A stretch of 64,000 nucleotides of DNA, taken from NCBI GenBank assembly GCA_043732185.1, contig JAYTHY010000052.1, positions 1 to 64,000 of the forward strand. Reading direction: 5' to 3'. The DNA comes from Fibrobacteria bacterium (GTDB lineage Bacteria > Fibrobacterota > Fibrobacteria > UBA11236). The notes below the pieces were generated by a model, which worked only from the letters and a program-made list of their open reading frames with translations, made no database searches and was not told the origin of the DNA. This document shows positions 58,010-64,000 of this stretch, one piece after another (position 1 is the first letter of the stretch; each line of letters opens with the position of its first letter). Made by a program: the position numbers and the translations under genes.

Positions 58010-58749
58010 ACTGAATTCTGATTTTGTTTACTGGCTTTAATTCGCATACCGACCAATTCCTGATAGCTATATTGCCACTGAGGCCGCTCCATTTGATGAA
58101 TGGTTTTTTCAAAATCGATTAAGTCCTGCGGTGTATCGATGGAAAGTTGCATATCCTTGTAATCGGAACTGCAGGAAAAATTATCTATGGAAAATTCTGA
58201 ATCGGTACGGTAAAAGAAATGCGTCACATGTTCAAAGTCTTCGACATCAGTAAATTTTGAATATGCCCTTAAAAAAACATCCCTTCCCACAACTTCTACG
58301 GACTGGCCCTTCGGGAATGAACGGGGATGGGTATTTGTTACCAAATCAAATTTTCCTTTTTTAAATCTCTCGACGGCTTGATTGACGAGAGAAAAATCGA
58401 GCAAGGGACTGTCACCGCATATCCGAACAAAAAAATCAAACGGGTCTGTAGCTAAAACCATTTTATATCGGGATGCCACATTCAAAGGATCACCACGCAG
58501 ACACGTTATTCCCATTTTGTTACATAGAGATTCAATGGCATCATCCATTGCCAGAGTGGAAGTCACCAAAACCACTTTCCCCATGTTTGCTTGGATAGAT
58601 CGTTCCAGCAGATATTCTAAAACTGGTTTGTCCTGGACTATCCGCAATACCTTACCAGGTAGCCTGGTGGAGCCCATCCGTGCTTGTATGATTATACCGA
58701 ATTGATCCCGGGAACGACTATCGCTAGGTGGCACATTGGCATTATCCAA
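58006..58749 (-). CDS. Cytidylyltransferase (SpsF/PseF-like CMP-nonulosonate synthetase)
   Basis: IIQARMGSTRLPGKVL, VRICGDSP, EHVT, LSIDTPQD. Confidence 0.92.
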   Translation of the reverse strand: MDNANVPPSDSRSRDQFGIIIQARMGSTRLPGKVLRIVQDKPVLEYLLERSIQANMGKVVLVTSTLAMDDAIESLCNKMGITCLRGDPLNVASRYKMVLATDPFDFFVRICGDSPLLDFSLVNQAVERFKKGKFDLVTNTHPRSFPKGQSVEVVGRDVFLRAYSKFTDVEDFEHVTHFFYRTDSEFSIDNFSCSSDYKDMQLSIDTPQDLIDFEKTIHQMERPQWQYSYQELVGMRIKASKQNQNSV

Positions 58750-58786
58750 TATCCGAATACGGAATGCAATCTCACTCGCCGGTAGG

Positions 58787-60364
58787 CTATTTTAGAGTTT
58801 TCGAAGTCAGAAATCTTCGTCCACAAGCATAAAACTGGGGATCCAAAGCCTTTTCCTGGTGGATAAATTCTTGCCACTTTTCAAAAAAAACCGTTCTCTG
58901 GATGGAATCTTGAGATTCTGCTAATCGCGAAAAAGAACCGTTACCAGTTTCTGGATGGACAACCTTACTATTCGGTTGATAGACCACACTGAGGCCCATT
59001 CTGCGAACCTTAAAACACAAATCCAAATCGGAATAAAAAACAGGAAGGGCCGTTGAGAATCCTTGTACTTCAAGAAATACATTCCGTTTAATAAGGAGAC
59101 AGGACCCAGATACAGCCGGTACTTCTAGAGTTAGATTTACATTTGGTTTATCTGGACTCGACCCTCGGAATAAGTATTCAGGAAGGTCGTTTTCCATAAA
59201 AACAATTCCAGCTTGCGACACTAAACCATCGGGAAAGCGAAGTTGCGAACCAACCATGCCTACCCTTGTGTCCTGCATAGTGGCTAACATCTGAACAAGC
59301 CAATCAGGATCTAAAGTGCAATTCCCATCTAAAAATATCAGAACATCGGTATCAGTATTTCCGGCTGTCCAATTCCGGGAACGTAAAACTCCAACCGGAC
59401 TTTCGAATCGGACAATATGTAGCCAGTCATATTTTTGCGATTTCAAAAATAAATCAGCCGAGATGTTTTCATTACTTGCGTCATCTGCCACCAAGAGCTT
59501 TGAGAAAAAAAGCAACGGACGAGCCTTGGCGAGGGAATCCAAAAATTCGTCAGTGAGTGGCCGTTCATCGTTTACGCAAACCACAATCGTCGTGGTAAGA
59601 TCTGGTGCAGCAAGTACCTGCTTTTGGGGTCGAATGGATGGATCTACCTGCTTATAATCAACTAAGACTTTTTCCGCCTTTACCAAAAATTGTATAGTGT
59701 TTGCTCTTTCCATAAAGGCATCTGTATCGATCTGAAGCGCATTCAGTAAGGGAATTATGGACTCATCCACAACGAGATTGGTAAAATATTTCGCGTATTT
59801 TACCACATGAAATCCGCATTCTTGAAGTAAGGTTTGGAAGGTTTGTAGAGTGTAAAATCGCAAATGGGTTCTATCCAGTACGCCAGAATCCGAGTACTCC
59901 CATTCGCCTTTGAGCAGGCCATTGATAACCGACCAATGGGAAACATTGGGAAGACAGCAAAGCAAACAACCATTTGGAGAAAGAAGAGTTGTAACCGATC
60001 GTATTGTCTCTTCTGGGTTCTTCAAATGTTCCAGAACATCAGCAAAAATAATGCAATCAAACTTTTCACCTGATAGATTGGCCCATTCAAACTTCTCCAC
60101 ATCTGCTATAAAGACCTTATCCAAAACCATTCTGGCCTGGGTACCCGCGTTTTCAAAAAGTTCTATCCCAATATAGTGGCACCGCGAATTTCGATTTTTT
60201 ATCGCTTGACCCAATCGCCCATTGGCGCATCCGATTTCCAGAATTCGGCTCGCTTCCAGTGGGACCATATTGAATAATAAAAGGTTTACGCCTTCGTAAT
60301 AATCCGCAGGTTTATTCCCGGTCGGTGTTTGAACAGCGATTCTATCGGACATTATTTTTCCCAT
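58787..60364 (-). CDS. Class I SAM methyltransferase + GT2 fusion
   Basis: ILEIGCANG, FADVLEHL, LDRTHLRFYT; VADDAS, PAVSGSCLLI, DLDLCF. Confidence 0.9.
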   Translation of the reverse strand: MGKIMSDRIAVQTPTGNKPADYYEGVNLLLFNMVPLEASRILEIGCANGRLGQAIKNRNSRCHYIGIELFENAGTQARMVLDKVFIADVEKFEWANLSGEKFDCIIFADVLEHLKNPEETIRSVTTLLSPNGCLLCCLPNVSHWSVINGLLKGEWEYSDSGVLDRTHLRFYTLQTFQTLLQECGFHVVKYAKYFTNLVVDESIIPLLNALQIDTDAFMERANTIQFLVKAEKVLVDYKQVDPSIRPQKQVLAAPDLTTTIVVCVNDERPLTDEFLDSLAKARPLLFFSKLLVADDASNENISADLFLKSQKYDWLHIVRFESPVGVLRSRNWTAGNTDTDVLIFLDGNCTLDPDWLVQMLATMQDTRVGMVGSQLRFPDGLVSQAGIVFMENDLPEYLFRGSSPDKPNVNLTLEVPAVSGSCLLIKRNVFLEVQGFSTALPVFYSDLDLCFKVRRMGLSVVYQPNSKVVHPETGNGSFSRLAESQDSIQRTVFFEKWQEFIHQEKALDPQFYACGRRFLTSKTLK

Positions 60365-60382
60365 GGTGTTGAATTGGGAGTA

Positions 60383-62776
60383 TCAAATGGTTTCCATGTT
60401 TTTTATCGACAAAGTCACCGGGCCATATTTATGCAATGGCAACCGCTGTTCTACTCTAAAGATAATCTTAGGAAGCGCTTGCAAGGCGGGATACTCTAGG
60501 CTAAAAAGCCGCTTAGCCTGTGGAAATGGTCCGTCCAGATTTAAGTAGTCTTTGAGTGCTGGAAATCTTTGGATGGCATCCAAGAGTAGTTTACCCGCTT
60601 CGTCTTTTTTGCCTTGGAAACCTAGTACATAGGCCAAATTATTTATCACCTCAGGGAGGTCTCCCAATTTGGTAAGGGCAATGCGGTAAAAAAATTCTGC
60701 TTCGGCGTATCCCACTCGACCATTCTGGTCCAACAAAAGCGTCCCGAAATCCAGTGCGGCCAAACCCAGTGCTTGGGGGCTTCGATCTGTTTTTAGAAAA
60801 GGATAGAGTACATCCATTGAAGTAGCCATTCGCAAGTCCGGAAGAAACCGGCTTATTTCCAGTTTAGCATCGTAGGACTGTCCATAGGGAATATTATGTT
60901 TGGCCTCATATTGTAGACAGAGTGGAAGTGGGATATGGTACGCGCTTCCAAGCAGGGCAGCCTTGAGAAAAAATTCATAGTTGCTCGCGATTTTGAAGGA
61001 CTCCTGGAAAAGACCGATCTCGCTATGGAGAGAGCGTCGCCACATTACCACATTTCCGAAGGGGTAATCCAGCAACGCTTGCCTGGCGTTGAAATCCGGA
61101 TAAGACCAAATAAATTGTGATCGATGGTTTTCAAAATTTTCAGTTCGATCATTCGTTATCAGGGCATCTGCATAAACTAGGGCAACTTGACGGGAATCCA
61201 ATTCTCGCTCCATGAATTCAATTGCCGCAGTGGAAAGACTACACCGAGCATCGATATGAATTAGATAACGACCTTGTGAGGCCAATACCATGCGATTCCA
61301 AGATACGAAAGGGTCTTCTTGACTGGTGCGAATATATAGAATGTTGGGGTGAGCAGCTTGGCTGGCACGTAAAATAGCCTGCTCCGCTGAACTGCAACCA
61401 TAGTCCAAAAGAATCAACTCCATTTTCCCATCTTTGAAAAATGTTTGATTCAAAATATTTTGGACACGTTCCTGAATTTTACCTTGAATATTGATCACGG
61501 AAATCATCGCCGTAACTCTAAATTTTTCCCTCAGAAACCTAGGAGCTATAACATTTTGGCCGTCTGTATGAGCGACTTTCAATTCGGATCGTTCTGCCTT
61601 TGCTTCGCCATCCAATTTACCCAACCTAGCTCTAACCTTGGTTTCCCGATAAGCTTTCGCATAGTTGGCTTGTATGACATAAATCTCGTCAGAGGCTTCT
61701 GACCCCCCGGAAAGTGAATCCTTTGTCAGCCATACTAGCCCCGTAAAAACACAAATATGGTACATGGGAAATTGCTGACCTAGGCGCAGCCAAAAATCCT
61801 GATCACTAACAGCCTTATATCTTGGATCGAAATATCCCACGGTAGCATGAACATTCCTTCTCCAGAGTGGATGGGCTCCAATGCCGCAAGACATCAGAAG
61901 GAATTCGTAATTGTATTCCGGCCAACAAAAACTACCCCCGCAACTGGTGGAAGGCACATGTTGGCCAAATTTTTGATGCGGCAAATCAGTCAGGTAGCTG
62001 TCCCCGTACACCAACGCCGCCTCCGGAACTTCCTCAATGGCTTCAAATAGTTCCTGACAGGCATTGGGCGACAAACGGTCATTGGTACTAAAGGGCAGAA
62101 TATATTTTCCATGTGCAGCGCGAATGGCCATGTTCCAAGCTGGATAAATGCCAATTCGGTTTGGCGTACGTAAATATCGGATATTGTCATATCGATTTTG
62201 GAATTCCAAGACAATGGATTTTTCGTTTTGAGGAGAATGGGCATCCACGATAATAATTTCCAATTGGTCGGCAATAGTTTGGGATTCAAGATCTTCCAGG
62301 CACTCTCGGATAAAGTCACTGGAAGCATATGTGGAAACCAAAACGGAAATTGAAAAATCTCGTTTCCTAAAATTTCCCTCGATGACTTCACAACTAGCCA
62401 GTAGCTTGTCATATATATACTCGTCAGCCACTATCAGTGCCTGCACTACCTCTTTTTCCAAGGGTTTTCCATCCAAAAACTTGAAATATTCCTCGCTGGC
62501 TTCCTCCCAGCGTCCCATTGCTTGCAGGACATCTCCATAATTCAGGAGGTAGGTACAATCGGTTGGATCCGATTCACGCGCCTGCCGGAAATAATTCAAA
62601 GCTTCCGCAAGATTACCTTGCACATGTGCAATCGTACCAAGATTGTTTGAAATTCGAGGGTGTTTGGGGAAATTATCAGCCAATTTTTCCAAAAGGGATC
62701 TTCCCAGCCCAAGATCTCCAGCCAGGATAGTGTTCTCCGCCACTCCAATCTGGTCATTAAATTCGATAGCAGTCAC
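60383..62776 (-). CDS. TPR + GT2 + degenerate GT2 + TPR glycosyltransferase
   Basis: NNLGTIAHVQG (TPR); SVLVSTY..STNDRL..DQDFWLR; second GT2-like unit; NNLAYVL. Confidence 0.88.
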   Translation of the reverse strand: MTAIEFNDQIGVAENTILAGDLGLGRSLLEKLADNFPKHPRISNNLGTIAHVQGNLAEALNYFRQARESDPTDCTYLLNYGDVLQAMGRWEEASEEYFKFLDGKPLEKEVVQALIVADEYIYDKLLASCEVIEGNFRKRDFSISVLVSTYASSDFIRECLEDLESQTIADQLEIIIVDAHSPQNEKSIVLEFQNRYDNIRYLRTPNRIGIYPAWNMAIRAAHGKYILPFSTNDRLSPNACQELFEAIEEVPEAALVYGDSYLTDLPHQKFGQHVPSTSCGGSFCWPEYNYEFLLMSCGIGAHPLWRRNVHATVGYFDPRYKAVSDQDFWLRLGQQFPMYHICVFTGLVWLTKDSLSGGSEASDEIYVIQANYAKAYRETKVRARLGKLDGEAKAERSELKVAHTDGQNVIAPRFLREKFRVTAMISVINIQGKIQERVQNILNQTFFKDGKMELILLDYGCSSAEQAILRASQAAHPNILYIRTSQEDPFVSWNRMVLASQGRYLIHIDARCSLSTAAIEFMERELDSRQVALVYADALITNDRTENFENHRSQFIWSYPDFNARQALLDYPFGNVVMWRRSLHSEIGLFQESFKIASNYEFFLKAALLGSAYHIPLPLCLQYEAKHNIPYGQSYDAKLEISRFLPDLRMATSMDVLYPFLKTDRSPQALGLAALDFGTLLLDQNGRVGYAEAEFFYRIALTKLGDLPEVINNLAYVLGFQGKKDEAGKLLLDAIQRFPALKDYLNLDGPFPQAKRLFSLEYPALQALPKIIFRVEQRLPLHKYGPVTLSIKNMETI

Positions 62777-62923
62777 GGCATATTTTCTTATTGGGTCCTA
62801 GAGATGTCAAGCATTTGAAACCTACAGCCTTAGCAGCAAAAAGAGAAGGGCCCGGGCGTAAGCCCAAGTTCTGTCTTTTCTCCTTAAAATTCTAAGTTCA
62901 TGCCAACTTATAACAGGATTCGC

Positions 62924-64000
62924 ATGCAGATCACCCATTCCGTTCAAATCAGGCCTGACCGCGTTAAAAACATCCAAGGAGGCCATCCCTGGATATTCTC
63001 CGGAGCCTTGTTGCAAAAACCCAATATCCCGGATGGTAGTTTGGTACGCATCCTCTCCAATCGCCAATTTGTCGGAGTCGGGTATTATAACAGCCGTACC
63101 GATATAGCCGTGCGCATTTTGTCACTGAGGGATGAACCCATCGACTCCCGTTTTTTTGCCGAAAGGTTTCAAACCTTGCGCCGCAGTAAAGAAGCGTGGC
63201 TGCCCGCTCGCACCAATGCCTATCGGGTGGTATTCGGAGAAGCGGATGGACTACCAGGATTAGTAGTTGATAAATACAATAATACCCTAGTCGCACAGTT
63301 TCACACCCATGGCATGAACGAATTGAAATCTCAAGTGGTTGAAGGTTTTGTAAAAGTTTTTAACCCCGCAAGTATTGTGGAAAGAAGCGATGTCGGGGTT
63401 CGAAAAATGGAAGGGCTTCTGGATCAGCCCATCGGTATTCTCCATGGCAAGGATACCGCCGAGGTGGAAATCGAAGAACAGGGACATAAATTTTTGGTAC
63501 ATGTGTTAGAAGGCCAAAAGACCGGATTCTTCCTCGATCAACGGGAAAATCGTCAGGCCATAACACGCTATTGTAAAGGTCGCACCGTCGTCAATTGTTT
63601 CAGCTATACGGGCGGATTCTCAGTATATGCCGCCTCTGCAGCCAAGCGCGTGGTCAGCGTGGATATTTCCAAACCCGCTACGGAATACTGCCGTCGCAAT
63701 TTTCAACTGAACAATTTGCCTACTCCTGATGGGGATTTCTTGGCCCTGGATGTTTTCGATTTTCTTAAGGCCATGGAACCCGGAGCCTTTGATTTCATTA
63801 TTCTGGATCCCCCTTCCTTCGCCAAAAACCGGAAACAATTGCCAAATGCCATTAAGGCCTATACGACCATCAATTCCAAGGCCTTGGAAAAACTTCCCGA
63901 CGGCGGCATTTTGGTCTCTTCCTCCTGCACATCGCACGTCGATCCAGGAACGTTCATCAAAATCCTCAATCAAGCGGCCATCAATACCCGCTGCACTTTA
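62924..64000 (+). CDS. rlmI: 23S rRNA m5C1962-type methyltransferase RlmI family; runs off the right edge
   Basis: Not in the ORF track. Manual translation: MQITHSVQIRPDRVKNIQGGHPWIFSGA...GEADGLPGLVVDKY...GQKTGFFLDQRENR...NCFSYTGGFS...IILDPPSFAK. Confidence 0.93.
   Translation, partial: MQITHSVQIRPDRVKNIQGGHPWIFSGALLQKPNIPDGSLVRILSNRQFVGVGYYNSRTDIAVRILSLRDEPIDSRFFAERFQTLRRSKEAWLPARTNAYRVVFGEADGLPGLVVDKYNNTLVAQFHTHGMNELKSQVVEGFVKVFNPASIVERSDVGVRKMEGLLDQPIGILHGKDTAEVEIEEQGHKFLVHVLEGQKTGFFLDQRENRQAITRYCKGRTVVNCFSYTGGFSVYAASAAKRVVSVDISKPATEYCRRNFQLNNLPTPDGDFLALDVFDFLKAMEPGAFDFIILDPPSFAKNRKQLPNAIKAYTTINSKALEKLPDGGILVSSSCTSHVDPGTFIKILNQAAINTRCTL

Noticed and set aside
62777..62923. ops/JUMPStart element upstream of the glycan island
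   Set aside because: No GGCGGTAG-type motif was seen on the relevant strand.
62822..63973. Several short minus-strand ORFs
   Set aside because: They are antisense to the rlmI frame on the plus strand.
1..64000. CRISPR arrays, tRNA/rRNA genes, IS/integrase or prophage genes
   Set aside because: No spaced direct repeats, cloverleaf-like segments or recombinase/transposase motifs were seen. Intergenic gaps are short. A small ncRNA could still be missed by eye.

Overview
Bacterial chromosomal window, probably Fibrobacterota or another FCB-group lineage. That is an inference from a T9SS type-A C-terminal sorting domain, a HIS6-type hisA and dapL. I found no rRNA, tRNA, CRISPR array or mobile element. 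Left part (1-33.3 kb): (i) two tandem polytopic membrane-TPR proteins, one carrying an apparently inactive C39/papain-like domain, divergent from a priming sugar-transferase/STAS/polysaccharide-deacetylase triple fusion; (ii) mnmG and an EVE protein; (iii) a minor-pilin cassette (pilV/W/X-like) whose PilX has a Cys/His knob (CxxCH) on a long Thr-rich stalk; (iv) alr, a secreted pentapeptide-repeat protein, an aminotransferase, mtgA, HIS6-type hisA, a rhomboid, a T9SS VIT protein and a metallopeptidase/propeller/barrel protein; (v) pyrB, prkA-yeaH-spoVR (YeaH has a UBA/EF-Ts-N-like insert) and dapL. Right part (33.4-62.8 kb): an OMP preceded by a hexamer microsatellite, then a ~29 kb surface-glycan island. 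The island encodes a nonulosonic-acid pathway with formyl-, acetyl-, amidino-, methyl- and 2OG-oxygenase tailoring enzymes, and large TPR-GT-methyltransferase fusions built from duplicated, partly degenerate modules. The window ends in rlmI. All calls come from motif recognition by eye; no searches were run.
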